From contig JAQUOD010000004.1 of the NCBI GenBank assembly GCA_028717245.1, positions 537-64,536 of the forward strand: a DNA stretch of 64,000 bases. The letters run 5' to 3'. This stretch comes from Candidatus Omnitrophota bacterium. Its GTDB lineage: Bacteria > Omnitrophota > Gorgyraeia > Gygaellales > Profunditerraquicolaceae. Positions 9,587 through 19,026 of the stretch are shown here, in pieces. The notes below the pieces were generated by a model. That model did not search any database. It was given only the letters and a program-made list of their open reading frames with translations, and was not told the origin of the DNA. Each line of letters starts with the position of its first letter. Positions within the stretch are counted from its first letter, which is position 1. The translations under genes were made by a program, and so were the position numbers.

Positions 9587-10984
9587 TTAGGCCTTAAAAA
9601 CTTCCTCCATCTTCATTGAGCGCGAACCTTTGACCAAGACAATGTCATCCCTATTCAACGATACCCTCTTATAGAGGATGTCCCGCGCGCAAACGGCGCT
9701 CTCAGAGATAAATATATTCTTCTTATTTAATCCGGAATCTCTTGCTGCCCTAGCAGCGGCCCTGGATAATTTACCTGCCGTAATAAATATATCGCAGCAT
9801 TTTGCCGCTTCCTCTCCTGCCTGATAGTGGAAGGTATCTGCGCGGCTACCCAGCTCTAACATATCTCCCATCACAAAAATCTTCCTGCCTTTAGCTTTAA
9901 AACTCTTGAGCGCATCCAGCGCCTGTTTTAAAGAAAGGGGATTGGAATTATACGTATCGTCAATGAACCTGATACTTTTTATCTCTATAAATTTCAGCCT
10001 GCCAGGAGGAAAATTAAAATCAGCCAACAACGGGGCGATATCATTATAGGCGATGCCAAAGAGCCGCGCCGTTATTATGGCAGAGAGGGCATTGTAAACA
10101 TTATAATACCCTAATGTCTTTAATGTAAACCTATATTTTCCCTGGATACTAAACCTTAAACTCCGGCCTATACTTTGGATATCTAAGGCCCGGAAATCAG
10201 ATTGCTTTTTTAAACTAAAACCAATAATAAAGGGTTTTTGGACGCGGCTTAATACCTTCTTTCTTAATAAGGCATCATCCGCGTTTAATATGGCAACACA
10301 GGGTTTTTCTAAGTTTTCTATCAGGCTGTATTTTTCCCTGAAGACCCTCTCTAGATTACGCAGGTATTCCAGGTGGCTGGGGCCTATGTTAGTAATTATG
10401 CCGATATTCGGCCGGCATATCCGGGTGAGATAATCCACTTCGCCGAAATGGTTCGTGCCTATTTCTAAAACAACGATATCATGGGAGTTATTCAGGCCTA
10501 ATAGGGCCATGGGCAGCCCGATATGATTATTTTTTGTGCCTTCGTTCTTGAGGACGCGAAACTTTTTGGATAACAAACAACCGACCATCTCTTTGGTGGT
10601 GGTCTTGCCGTTTGAGCCGGTAACCGCAATCACGGGAATATGTAAGAATTTCTTACGCCAAAACCGGGCAATATCCCCCAGGGCCTTTGTGGTATCCTTC
10701 ACTCTTATAACAGACACTCTCTTTTCACTGTGAACTGTGCCTGCCGTAGGCTGATCCGCCTGCGGCGGAAACTGTGAACCGTGAACTATTACAGCGCCTG
10801 CGCCTTTTTTAACCGCTTCATGAATAAAATCATGCCCATCAAAATTAGTTCCTTTTATGGCAATAAAGGCCTCCTGAGGTTTGATACTACGGGAATCTAT
10901 GGAGATACCCTTAATATCTTTCCCCTCTAGCCGGTTGATAAGCTTACCGCCGGTAGCCTCTAATAATTCATTAATTCTAAGCAT
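9587..10984 (-). CDS. murF: UDP-MurNAc-tripeptide--D-Ala-D-Ala ligase MurF
   Basis: Mur ligase (TGSNGKTTT) after murE. It contains an in-frame insert encoded by a direct-repeat/palindrome module. Confidence 0.85.
   Translation of the reverse strand: MLRINELLEATGGKLINRLEGKDIKGISIDSRSIKPQEAFIAIKGTNFDGHDFIHEAVKKGAGAVIVHGSQFPPQADQPTAGTVHSEKRVSVIRVKDTTKALGDIARFWRKKFLHIPVIAVTGSNGKTTTKEMVGCLLSKKFRVLKNEGTKNNHIGLPMALLGLNNSHDIVVLEIGTNHFGEVDYLTRICRPNIGIITNIGPSHLEYLRNLERVFREKYSLIENLEKPCVAILNADDALLRKKVLSRVQKPFIIGFSLKKQSDFRALDIQSIGRSLRFSIQGKYRFTLKTLGYYNVYNALSAIITARLFGIAYNDIAPLLADFNFPPGRLKFIEIKSIRFIDDTYNSNPLSLKQALDALKSFKAKGRKIFVMGDMLELGSRADTFHYQAGEEAAKCCDIFITAGKLSRAAARAARDSGLNKKNIFISESAVCARDILYKRVSLNRDDIVLVKGSRSMKMEEVFKA
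10727..10787. repeat. In-frame insert in murF: direct repeats (actgtgaac) flanking a palindromic core (ccgcctgcggcgg)
   Basis: Direct read of the sequence. It encodes VHGSQFPPQADQPTAGTVHSEK at the position where MurE carries its heptamer insert. Confidence 0.7.
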
Positions 10985-12429
10985 TCTTTCACTGCTTCGC
11001 AGTCGTCAAAATGAATCCTCTTGTCCTTTAATACCTGGTAATTCTCATGCCCTTTACCGGCTATCAAGACCATATCGCCTGCCTGAGCAAGAGATAAAGA
11101 TTTTTTTATTGCCTCTTTACGGTCAGGAAGAATAAAATAATTATTTTTTCTTATGCCTTTTTTGATATCCCGGATTATCTTTTCCGGATCCTCGTTACGC
11201 GGGTTATCACTGGTGATAATTACGTAATCAGCTAACTCCGAAGCCGTATGGCCCATCTTTGGCCTCTTGGTTTTATCGCGTCCCCCGCCGCAGCCGAAAA
11301 CTACGATGATTCTTTTATCGGATACTTCTCTTAAGGCATTAATCACGTTTTTGAGCGCATCTTCGGTATGGGCATAATCCACGAATATCGAGAAATCTCT
11401 ATCGCGCCCTATCCTCTGTAACCTGCCCGGGACAGAATCAAAACCCTCCAGGCTGGATTTTATGGTTTCAGGATTCAGGCCTTCCTGAAAGGCCCAGGCA
11501 TAGCTTGCCAATACGTTATATACGTTGTGCCGGCCGATGAGGCGGGTTTTAAAATGTATTTCTTTTTTAATGCCTTTTAGCATAAAGTCCGTATGCGCGA
11601 TACCATATTTGATATCGCCGGCCATAATATCTGACGGCTCCTCTATGCCGTAAGTGACCACTTTGCAACCGCGGATTAATCCCTTGATTCTTCTGCCATA
11701 GGGGTCGTCGTTATTAATCACCGCGAATGCCCCGCGGCTTAATCCCTGAAAGAGCCTGGCTTTGGCCTGAAAATAATTCTCTAATGTTTTATGGTAATCC
11801 AGATGGTCCTGGGTTAAATTGGTAAAGATGGCAGAGTGAAAATCTATACCTTCAACCCTCTCTTGGGAAAGGGCGTGCGAGGAGACCTCCATCACCGCAT
11901 AATTAATGCCTTCCTGCGCCATATCAGCCAGAAGCGGCTGAAGCTGACAAGGGCCCGGGGTGGTATTTCCGGAAGGGATGGTTTTATTTTTAAAACGGTA
12001 ATTGACCGTGCCGATAACCGCAGGCTCAAAACCCGAATCTTTTAATAAGGATTCAAGGAGATAGGTTATCGTAGTCTTGCCGTTAGTCCCGGTAACCCCC
12101 ACAACTTTTATTTTTGCAGAAGGGTTGCCGTAAAATTTCGCGGCTAATTTAGCCAGCGCCTTGCGCGTATCTTTAACTTTTATAAAAACTGCCCTTTCCT
12201 GGCCACTGGCCACTGGCCACTGGCTACTGACTATTACAGCCTTAGTCCCTCTCTTTATCGCTTCATCGATGAATTTATGGCCGTCGGCATCTTCTCCTTT
12301 TATAGCCACAAAAATAAAATTATCAGAAACACCTTGAGAATTACAGCTTATACCGCTAACCTCAAAATCCTTAAAGACAGTATAGGCTGTGTCGCTCCCT
12401 AACGATTCAATTAGCTGTTTTAGCCTCAT
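10960..12429 (-). CDS. murE: UDP-MurNAc-L-Ala-D-Glu--2,6-diaminopimelate ligase MurE
   Basis: Mur ligase (TGTNGKTT, DNPR motif), with an in-frame CCAGTGG x3 insert. Confidence 0.9.
   Translation of the reverse strand: MRLKQLIESLGSDTAYTVFKDFEVSGISCNSQGVSDNFIFVAIKGEDADGHKFIDEAIKRGTKAVIVSSQWPVASGQERAVFIKVKDTRKALAKLAAKFYGNPSAKIKVVGVTGTNGKTTITYLLESLLKDSGFEPAVIGTVNYRFKNKTIPSGNTTPGPCQLQPLLADMAQEGINYAVMEVSSHALSQERVEGIDFHSAIFTNLTQDHLDYHKTLENYFQAKARLFQGLSRGAFAVINNDDPYGRRIKGLIRGCKVVTYGIEEPSDIMAGDIKYGIAHTDFMLKGIKKEIHFKTRLIGRHNVYNVLASYAWAFQEGLNPETIKSSLEGFDSVPGRLQRIGRDRDFSIFVDYAHTEDALKNVINALREVSDKRIIVVFGCGGGRDKTKRPKMGHTASELADYVIITSDNPRNEDPEKIIRDIKKGIRKNNYFILPDRKEAIKKSLSLAQAGDMVLIAGKGHENYQVLKDKRIHFDDCEAVKECLELMNY
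12199..12228. repeat. Heptanucleotide tandem repeat (ggccact x3 plus one variant unit) inside murE, in frame
   Basis: Direct read of the sequence. It encodes SSQWPVASGQ. Confidence 0.9.
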
Positions 12430-14131
12430 TTAATGCCAGGTTTTCATTAAAAGGGTATTTTGTTTTCAGGTATCTTAAGGTATCTCCGGCTACATTTTTA
12501 AACACAGGCGCAGCCACCACCCCGCCGAAATAGTAGGGCCGTGGCTCATCAACCATTACAGCAATGGCAACGACGGGGTCTTCTGCGGGCGCAAAACCGA
12601 TAAAAGAAGCAATAAATTTATTGTGGGAGTAGGCGCCGTTAGGCTCTAATTTCTGGGCGGTCCCTGTTTTACCGGCGGCGCTGGAACCTTCAATTCTGGC
12701 TGATTTACCCGTGCCTTCTTCTATTACGCCGGTGAGTATTTTTTTAACCCTGTTAGCAGTATCAGGCGAAATGGCCCTGCGCACCAAAACAGGGGAAGAT
12801 GATTTTATTATTTCTCCATATTTATCGCGGACTTCCTTAACCACATAAGGTTTCATTAATTTACCGCCGTTAGCAATAACCGATATGCCGCAGGCTAACT
12901 GTAGCGTTGTCACTCCTACTTCCTGGCCTATGGGTATCGCGCCGATAGAGGTCCTAGACCAGAAACGCGGCTCTTTGATCGAACCAGTGATTTCTCCCGG
13001 CAGGTTAACGCCGGATTTCGCCCCAAAACCAAAGAGTTTCACGTACTTATAAACTGTATCCGGGCCCAGCATCTGCGCGACCTTGGTAGTACCGATGTTA
13101 CTCGATTGCTCAATGACTTCCCTGAAGGTGAGCCAACCGTGCGGCCTGTGGTCATGCAATGTATGTGTGGCCACGCGGTAGGAACCATTTTCGCAAAAGA
13201 ATTTATCCTCTTCAACTACTTTCTTCTCTTCCAGCGCTGCGGAAGCTGTAACAATCTTGAATACCGAACCGGGCTCAAATAAATCGCAGATGGAACGGTT
13301 ACGCCTGGCATCCTTATCCGCGTTATTATATTCATTCAGGTCAAAGTTAGGCCTGTTGGCCATGGCCAAGATCGCTCCTGTATGCGGGTCCATGGCAACT
13401 ATGCTGGCACCCTTGGCGTGATAAGCCTTATATGCTTTATCCAATTCCCTCTCGGCAATATATTGAATTACTTCATCAATAGTCAATACCAGATTATAAC
13501 CGTCATATGGCAAAATCATCCTTTCTTCAAGATTTAGTTTTTTCTGGCGCGCATCCCGTAGAATCATGGCCCAGCCATTTTTACCTTTAAGATAATTGTT
13601 GTAATATAACTCCAAACCCTCCAGCCCCGTATTATCCAAACCCGAAAAACCGATGATATGGCCGGCGAGATAACCATTTGGATAACAACGTTTGCTCTCT
13701 TTCATAAAGTCTAGCCCTTTTATATTCAGCCTCCTGATTGCCTCGCTCTGTTCAGGGGTTATTTTTCTGGCCAGCCAGATAAAAGATTTCTTTCTGTACA
13801 GCCTCTCCTTTAAATAAGCGTAGTCTACCTGTAAAATAGGTAAAAGCTGCTTTATAATTATTTCCCTATCCTTATCGGCTATTACGGAGGGGCAGGCGTA
13901 GAGTGAATCTACCGAGATATTGACTGCCTGGGGTTTAAGATTGGAATCATAGATAGCGCCGCGGCGGGCTTCTAACTCTATAAAGAGGTTTTGCTGTTTT
14001 TTAGCGATCCCCGCGAAGTAACGAGAATGGAAAAACTGGATAAAGGAGAGGCGGGCTATGCAGAATAAGAGAAAGGCAATGAAGAACAAAAATACCGCAT
14101 CGGTCCTGCGGCGGTAATTAACTATATACAC
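12407..14131 (-). CDS. ftsI: Peptidoglycan D,D-transpeptidase FtsI (PBP3-like class B penicillin-binding protein)
   Basis: N-terminal TM helix, dimerisation and transpeptidase domains (SVFK, SSN, KTGT motifs); position before murE. Confidence 0.85.
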   Translation of the reverse strand: MYIVNYRRRTDAVFLFFIAFLLFCIARLSFIQFFHSRYFAGIAKKQQNLFIELEARRGAIYDSNLKPQAVNISVDSLYACPSVIADKDREIIIKQLLPILQVDYAYLKERLYRKKSFIWLARKITPEQSEAIRRLNIKGLDFMKESKRCYPNGYLAGHIIGFSGLDNTGLEGLELYYNNYLKGKNGWAMILRDARQKKLNLEERMILPYDGYNLVLTIDEVIQYIAERELDKAYKAYHAKGASIVAMDPHTGAILAMANRPNFDLNEYNNADKDARRNRSICDLFEPGSVFKIVTASAALEEKKVVEEDKFFCENGSYRVATHTLHDHRPHGWLTFREVIEQSSNIGTTKVAQMLGPDTVYKYVKLFGFGAKSGVNLPGEITGSIKEPRFWSRTSIGAIPIGQEVGVTTLQLACGISVIANGGKLMKPYVVKEVRDKYGEIIKSSSPVLVRRAISPDTANRVKKILTGVIEEGTGKSARIEGSSAAGKTGTAQKLEPNGAYSHNKFIASFIGFAPAEDPVVAIAVMVDEPRPYYFGGVVAAPVFKNVAGDTLRYLKTKYPFNENLALNEAKTAN

Positions 14132-14199
14132 AATTATATCTGTCGATGATGAGCTGGTTAGGTTTTACTTACAACCAACCCCTTTTTACCTAAAGCGCC

Positions 14200-14613
14200 T
14201 TATCTTTGCCGCTTCTGTTCTGGCTGGCCTGAATTTAACGCAGGGTTGATTGTCTTTGCTTGGGCCTCTCTCTTGATACCAAAGAGACGAAACACCAGAT
14301 TTTCTTGTTTTAATGGACGGGGCTGCTTTACTACCTTAAAGACATCCTGAGGGTAAGTTAGCTTTACTAACCGGTAATTACCGGGAATTTCGAAATTAGC
14401 GTAGTTATAGACCTTGCCATCGATGCGTATTAAGGAAGTGTTTCGTTTGATATTATATCTTAAGATGGTATTCTTATCAAGACAATCTTGGAATAACACC
14501 ATTTTTTTCTGGCCTACATAGGCAAGGCGGAAAATCTCTGACTGCTGATAAACGTATACCAGAGAAAAGAAGGTAATAAAAGCGGCTAATGATAAAAATT
14601 TAGGGAGTTTCAT
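14200..14613 (-). CDS. Small membrane-anchored protein in the FtsL position (candidate FtsL-like division protein)
   Basis: 137 aa with an N-terminal TM helix, lying between rsmH and ftsI where ftsL normally sits. No recognisable motif. Confidence 0.4.
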   Translation of the reverse strand: MKLPKFLSLAAFITFFSLVYVYQQSEIFRLAYVGQKKMVLFQDCLDKNTILRYNIKRNTSLIRIDGKVYNYANFEIPGNYRLVKLTYPQDVFKVVKQPRPLKQENLVFRLFGIKREAQAKTINPALNSGQPEQKRQR

Positions 14614-14614
14614 C

Positions 14615-15511
14615 TTATAATCTTTCTGCGACCCTTAATTTGCTGCTGCGGCTGGAAGGATTATCCTTTATTTCCTCCCCTTGCGGAGTCAAAGGTTTGG
14701 GCGTAATTATCTTTATCATGCCCTCGGCAGCAAATTTACGGAAACTGAATTTAGCTATACGGTCCTCCAGGGAATGAAAAGAAATAATACAAATCCTGCC
14801 TGACTTATCCAGAAACTCTACCGCCTTATCTATCGCCGCAGTGACAGTCTCCAATTCCCTGTTTACTGCTATACGTATCGCCTGGAAAGTCCTCGTTGCC
14901 GGATGTATACGGTAATGCCTGTATTTAGGAGGGATCGCCCTGACCACGATATCGCTTAATTGCCGCGTGGTGGTAATGGCATGCCTGGCCCTTTCCTGCA
15001 CCAGGAACCTGGCAATACGGTTGTGCCATCTCTCCTGCCCGAAAGTCCAGAGCATAGCGGAGATCTCCTCCTCATTAAGGTTATTTATCAAGTCAGATGC
15101 AGAAATATAACTATTCCTGTCTAAACGCATATCTAACGGCCCGTCACCCTGAAAACTGAAACCTCGTTCGAAATCATCCAGCTGATATGAAGAAATCCCC
15201 AGGTCAAATAATATGCCGTCAATCCTGCTGATATTTAGCCCCTTCAGGATATTGTCAATAGCGATGAAATTACCGTATACGAATTCACAGGCGCCGGGAT
15301 AATCGGATAGTCTCTGCCGGGCTACGGCTAAAGACTCCTCATCCCGGTCAATGCCGATAAGCTTGCCGCCCGGCATGATATGTTCGAGGATAGCCTTACT
15401 ATGGCCGCCTGTACCTATCGTAGCGTCAACTATAACTTTACCCGGACCTAACCGAAGATAATCTATGACCTCTCTAAGCATAACTGGGGTATGAAATCTC
15501 TGTTGTGCCAC
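14615..15511 (-). CDS. rsmH: 16S rRNA m4C1402 methyltransferase RsmH (MraW)
   Basis: HTPVMLREV...DATIGTGGHS motifs, directly after mraZ. Confidence 0.9.
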   Translation of the reverse strand: MAQQRFHTPVMLREVIDYLRLGPGKVIVDATIGTGGHSKAILEHIMPGGKLIGIDRDEESLAVARQRLSDYPGACEFVYGNFIAIDNILKGLNISRIDGILFDLGISSYQLDDFERGFSFQGDGPLDMRLDRNSYISASDLINNLNEEEISAMLWTFGQERWHNRIARFLVQERARHAITTTRQLSDIVVRAIPPKYRHYRIHPATRTFQAIRIAVNRELETVTAAIDKAVEFLDKSGRICIISFHSLEDRIAKFSFRKFAAEGMIKIITPKPLTPQGEEIKDNPSSRSSKLRVAERL

Positions 15512-15529
15512 GATAAACCCATTCAGTTT

Positions 15530-15967
15530 TTAGATATCTATTATTTTTTCGGCGATCTCTTCATAAGAGGGCCGCGAAGTACCGTAAAAATCATGCCACT
15601 TATCTTTCGCCCAGATCTCTATCCTGTTGGATACGCCGACGATAACGACGTCTCTTTTTATCTCTGCGAAATCCTTTAAATATTGGGGGATGAGAATCCT
15701 GCCCTGTTTGTCAGGCAAGACTTCTCCTGCCCCGGAAAAATAGAGCCGGTTAAACGTGCGCGCCTGCTGTTTGGTAAAAGATACCGCCTTGAATTTGTTC
15801 TCCTGCGTGCGCCACTCTTCTTCCGAAAACATAAAAAGGCATTTATCCAGGCCGCGCGTGACAAAAAACTTTTCTATAAAATGCGCCTTGGCAGTCTCGC
15901 GAAATTTGGCGGGTAAGATAAGGCGACCCTTGCGGTCTATGGAATGTAAATACTCCCCATAGAACAT
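15530..15967 (-). CDS. mraZ: Transcriptional regulator MraZ
   Basis: MFYGEYLHSIDRKGRLILPAKFRE with duplicated SpoVT/AbrB-like halves; first gene of the dcw cluster. Confidence 0.9.
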   Translation of the reverse strand: MFYGEYLHSIDRKGRLILPAKFRETAKAHFIEKFFVTRGLDKCLFMFSEEEWRTQENKFKAVSFTKQQARTFNRLYFSGAGEVLPDKQGRILIPQYLKDFAEIKRDVVIVGVSNRIEIWAKDKWHDFYGTSRPSYEEIAEKIIDI

Positions 15968-15980
15968 GGCTTTGTCCTTT

Positions 15981-16007
15981 CCACTTTACTCCACTTTTAA
16001 CCACTTT
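15981..16007 (-). promoter_or_regulatory. Three AAAGTGG direct repeats at 10 bp spacing (putative MraZ operator) in the mraZ leader
   Basis: Plus strand shows ccacttt at 15981, 15991 and 16001. Sense strand reads aaagtggtta aaagtggagt aaagtggaaa, matching the known MraZ-box architecture of direct repeats with 10 bp periodicity. Confidence 0.65.
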
Positions 16008-16015
16008 GTAGCACA

Positions 16016-16044
16016 AGTATAGATAAATTATACAGGTTTGTCAA
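16016..16044 (-). promoter_or_regulatory. Sigma70-like promoter of the dcw cluster (-35 TTGACA, 17 nt spacer, -10 TATACT)
   Basis: Sense strand reads ttgacaaacctgtataatttatctatact upstream of the MraZ boxes. An extended TGTATAAT also lies within it. Confidence 0.55.
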
Positions 16045-16096
16045 GTTAAAAATTTACCTAACTTAATTAAATACAAGGACTAGTGGATATGTGGGC

Positions 16097-17029
16097 TTAA
16101 GATGGGCACATCTTGTGGTAAAAATCGGGGTGGGAAAATAAACCTTTGGTGAGGATTATGTCTTTTTGCACCTGATTAGCCAGAGACTGCCAGGAATTAA
16201 ATTTCTTTTCCTGCCTGATCTTTTTTATAAACTGTATCTCCAGATACCTGCCGTAAATATCCCGGTGGAAATTAAATATATATACCTCTATATGCTTTTC
16301 TATGCCGGATTTAAAAGTCGGCTTGGAGCCGATGTAACAGACACCCTTAAAACATTGATGATTTAAAATTACGCAAACAGCATATATGCCCGCAGGGGGT
16401 AAAACTTCATGGTGGGGATTTATATTTGCCGTCGGAAAACCTAACCGGGTGGCTAAAGAGCTGCCTTTGATTACCGTGCCGAGGATGCTCACGGGCCTAA
16501 AAAGTAATTTACGGGCCCAATCTATTCTTCCGGCGGTGATTAACCTGCGGATATAGGTGCTGCTGATGGATTGGTTATTTATCTTAACCAGCTCAAATAC
16601 CTTTAATTTAAAATGGCAGGGGCCAGATAGTTTAGTTAAGATTTTAAAATCTCCTCTTCCCTGTTTTCCGAATCTGAAATTTTTCCCGACATATATATGC
16701 TTTGCGCCAATCTTTTTTGCTAAAATATCTTTTACGAAATCTTCTGCCGAAATCCAAGAAAATTTCTGATTGAATTTTATGACTATGCATACATCTATGC
16801 CAAGGCCCTCGATTAACCTTAAACGATGCTCCAGCGAATAAAGGCTTTTTTCTTTATGCGGGTCTGGCCAAAAGGTCACTACAATACTGGTACCTTTTAT
16901 GCGCCTGGCCTTATCAACCGCAGCTTTCAATATACGCTGATGCCCGATGTGCACCCCATCAAACACCCCCAGCGCCACCACAGGCTTCCTGAATTTAATA
17001 ATCTTATTAATGCCGTATATAATTTTCAT
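16097..17029 (-). CDS. ribF: Bifunctional riboflavin kinase / FMN adenylyltransferase RibF
   Basis: N-terminal FAD synthetase region (ALGVFDGVHIGHQ) and C-terminal riboflavin kinase domain. Confidence 0.88.
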   Translation of the reverse strand: MKIIYGINKIIKFRKPVVALGVFDGVHIGHQRILKAAVDKARRIKGTSIVVTFWPDPHKEKSLYSLEHRLRLIEGLGIDVCIVIKFNQKFSWISAEDFVKDILAKKIGAKHIYVGKNFRFGKQGRGDFKILTKLSGPCHFKLKVFELVKINNQSISSTYIRRLITAGRIDWARKLLFRPVSILGTVIKGSSLATRLGFPTANINPHHEVLPPAGIYAVCVILNHQCFKGVCYIGSKPTFKSGIEKHIEVYIFNFHRDIYGRYLEIQFIKKIRQEKKFNSWQSLANQVQKDIILTKGLFSHPDFYHKMCPS

Positions 17030-17036
17030 AGTTCTG

Positions 17037-17110
17037 TTTTAGCGGGTCCTGCCGCGGGGGCGCCTCTCGTCAAATTTTCCTCGAGGCATCCCCCGCGTCA
17101 CCCGCTAAAA
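17037..17110. repeat. Family B repeat core (solo copy B1): tttagcgggt...acccgctaaa inverted termini
   Basis: Near-identical to the cores at 31251-31322 and 44655-44735, in reverse orientation. It ends 8 nt upstream of the ribF ATG. Confidence 0.85.
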
Positions 17111-17177
17111 ATACACTCTTGCACTCCTAATAATCGTCTAGAAATGGTCTTTGAATTTTTAGGCTTAGTTTTATATT

Positions 17178-17810
17178 CTATACATCATTTGATTTTAAAA
17201 TACTAGAGCTCTTTTTGTTAAAACGTATTAATGCTGAAGTGGAGTATTCTTTTAATGTAATAGCATCTAGATATTGGATATTGACATCTAATAACATATC
17301 TAACTTACCATCTTCAATTTCTTTTATAAGTTTTTCTTTTTGAACTGGATCTGTGGCTACGACTTCAAATCCTGCCGTGGGCCAAAATGTGTCTCCTGGC
17401 TTTATAAGAAAAGGGGTGCCAGGCATATCTACTTTCATATCTGCTTTATTCTCCGGAGCATTTAAGAATTCCGGCTTTATTGAAATTTTGTAAGCCATAT
17501 TTTTGGCATCTGTTTTCCCAATATTTGTTACAGTAAGGTAACATTCCATCTTAAAACCACCATCATATCTTTCAATTTTAATTTTCGGGGGTCCTATCAA
17601 ATTAATGTAAAGGTGTGCTCGTTGAGTTCCCATATTAAATTTTAGTGCCTCCTTACTAATTTTGATTGCCTCTCTTGATAATCGATTAGATTCTTTATTA
17701 AAGCTCCAATTAATAAAAATACCTATGCATGAAATAACTACTGCAGTAATCGCACTAATAAAAGCAGCTTGAATATTTCTAGATTTTAAGAAAGCTTTGA
17801 TTTTAGTCAT
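17178..17810 (-). CDS. Hypothetical membrane-anchored protein, AT-rich relative to neighbours
   Basis: Start chosen at MTKIKAF (ATG at 17810), which has an AAAGGA ribosome-binding site. The longer 17987 ORF would read through repeat B3. Single N-terminal TM helix and no recognisable domain. By eye about 33% GC, against about 45% around it. Confidence 0.55.
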   Translation of the reverse strand: MTKIKAFLKSRNIQAAFISAITAVVISCIGIFINWSFNKESNRLSREAIKISKEALKFNMGTQRAHLYINLIGPPKIKIERYDGGFKMECYLTVTNIGKTDAKNMAYKISIKPEFLNAPENKADMKVDMPGTPFLIKPGDTFWPTAGFEVVATDPVQKEKLIKEIEDGKLDMLLDVNIQYLDAITLKEYSTSALIRFNKKSSSILKSNDV

Positions 17811-17814
17811 AATA

Positions 17815-17992
17815 GATCCTTTTTGCGGGTGGCTTGGGTGTTTTCGACAGCATGTAGTTTGTGCGAACGGCCAGGGTTCACCCGCTAATGCGGAGTCGGT
17901 GAGAGTGAGCACAAACTTCAAGCGACAAATTCCTCGGTGGGGAATTTGGAGCGGTGCTGGAGAAAATACCCAAGACAGGACCCGCAAAAATG
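17815..17992. repeat. Family B repeat, long-core form (B3), flanked by ttttgcgggtgg / ggacccgcaaaaa
   Basis: Shares about 150 nt with 41270-41450 (e.g. ttttcgaacagcatgtagttt[a/g]tgcgaacggccagggttcacc ... ggtgagagtgagca[c/g]aaacttcaagcga). It lies immediately upstream of the 17178 gene start. Confidence 0.85.
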
Positions 17993-18010
17993 TTATTTCG
18001 CGACTGTCAG

Positions 18011-18063
18011 GGACAGTCCCCTTGGTTTACTTCGGATTAGCTATCTGCGGGGACAGTCCCTTT
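18011..18063. repeat. Family C element: two GGGACAGTCCCC palindromes separated by a 27 nt loop
   Basis: Second copy at 25296-25346. Both overlap the 3' end of a minus-strand gene, so both ORFs end in ...GTVPA[D/E]S. Confidence 0.8.
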
Positions 18064-19026
18064 TAGATTTTCTCTTATCTTGGCTAAGACTTTCCTGCGC
18101 ACGTCGTCAATTCTGCCGTGAGTGGTCGCGCCGCTGGCAGTCTTATGTCCGCCGCCTCCGAAACATTGGGCGATCTTATTTACATCTACTTTGCCTTGCG
18201 AACGAAAGTTCATCCTGATTTCATCTTTAACCCCTAAATTTTCCTTAAATAATACTACGACCTCTGCGCCTTTTATAGCCCGGCCAAAACTCAGGATATA
18301 CTCACTTATGTCAAAAGAAAAAGTTTTTCTTAACATCTTCTGCCTAACTTCAAACCAGATTAATTTACCTTCGGCCTCGCGCCTCATTCCGGGTAATATT
18401 TTACTAAGCAGCTTCATATCCTCGTAAGGTATATCCTCATAGATGTGCTTATAAATCCCCGGTATATCCAGCTTGAATTTTAAGAGCTTAGAAACTGCTT
18501 TATGCGTAAAGGCGCTGGTATTGCTATAACGGAATGAGCCGGTATCCGCAACTATACCTGTGTATAAGGCAGTGGCGGAATGCACATCCAAAGGAACGCG
18601 CATGGCTTGATAAAGTTTATAGACCATCTCCGAGCAGGAAGAGGCCTTTGGCTCTACCCAGTTTACCCCGCCGAAATTATTATTGCTGATATGGTGGTCA
18701 ATATTCAGGATAGGTTTTTTTACCCTATTCAACCGGTAAACCTCTCCGGTACGGCTTAAATCCGAGCAGTCTAAGGTTACGAAACAATCAAAGCGTACCG
18801 GCGTAAGGTTATCTCTATATTTTATGATTTTTTCTTTGCGTGGCAGAAAAATATATTCTGGCGGGAGGTTGTCTTCGTTAACGATAACGGCGCTTTTGTT
18901 TAATTTTTTAAGCAGCTGATAAAAGGCCAATTCTGAGCCTAATGCATCCCCTTCCATATTCGTATGGCTGGTGATTAAAAAGGCCTTATTTCTTCTTATG
19001 CAGGCGATTACTTTTTTTAGGCTCAT
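18037..19026 (-). CDS. nrnA: DHH/DHHA1 phosphoesterase (NrnA-like bifunctional oligoribonuclease / pAp phosphatase)
   Basis: DHH motif region (HTNMEGDALGS...DHH), C-terminal DHHA1 with GGGH, next to rbfA. Confidence 0.78.
   Translation of the reverse strand: MSLKKVIACIRRNKAFLITSHTNMEGDALGSELAFYQLLKKLNKSAVIVNEDNLPPEYIFLPRKEKIIKYRDNLTPVRFDCFVTLDCSDLSRTGEVYRLNRVKKPILNIDHHISNNNFGGVNWVEPKASSCSEMVYKLYQAMRVPLDVHSATALYTGIVADTGSFRYSNTSAFTHKAVSKLLKFKLDIPGIYKHIYEDIPYEDMKLLSKILPGMRREAEGKLIWFEVRQKMLRKTFSFDISEYILSFGRAIKGAEVVVLFKENLGVKDEIRMNFRSQGKVDVNKIAQCFGGGGHKTASGATTHGRIDDVRRKVLAKIRENLKGTVPADS

Noticed and set aside
5463-15962. Numerous 60-180 aa ORFs antisense to dcw genes (e.g. 5463..5681, 7507..7731, 8968..9225, 10536..10733, 11836..12045, 15491..15679, 15683..15962)
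   Set aside because: They are embedded antisense in well-supported Mur and Fts genes. Their low-complexity translations are typical of spurious antisense frames.
17797-18427. Plus-strand ORFs 17797..18066, 17937..18218 and 18122..18427, and the long 17178..17987 N-terminal extension
   Set aside because: These read through the family B and C repeats or lie antisense to nrnA. The 17178 gene was given the internal ATG at 17810, which has a proper RBS.
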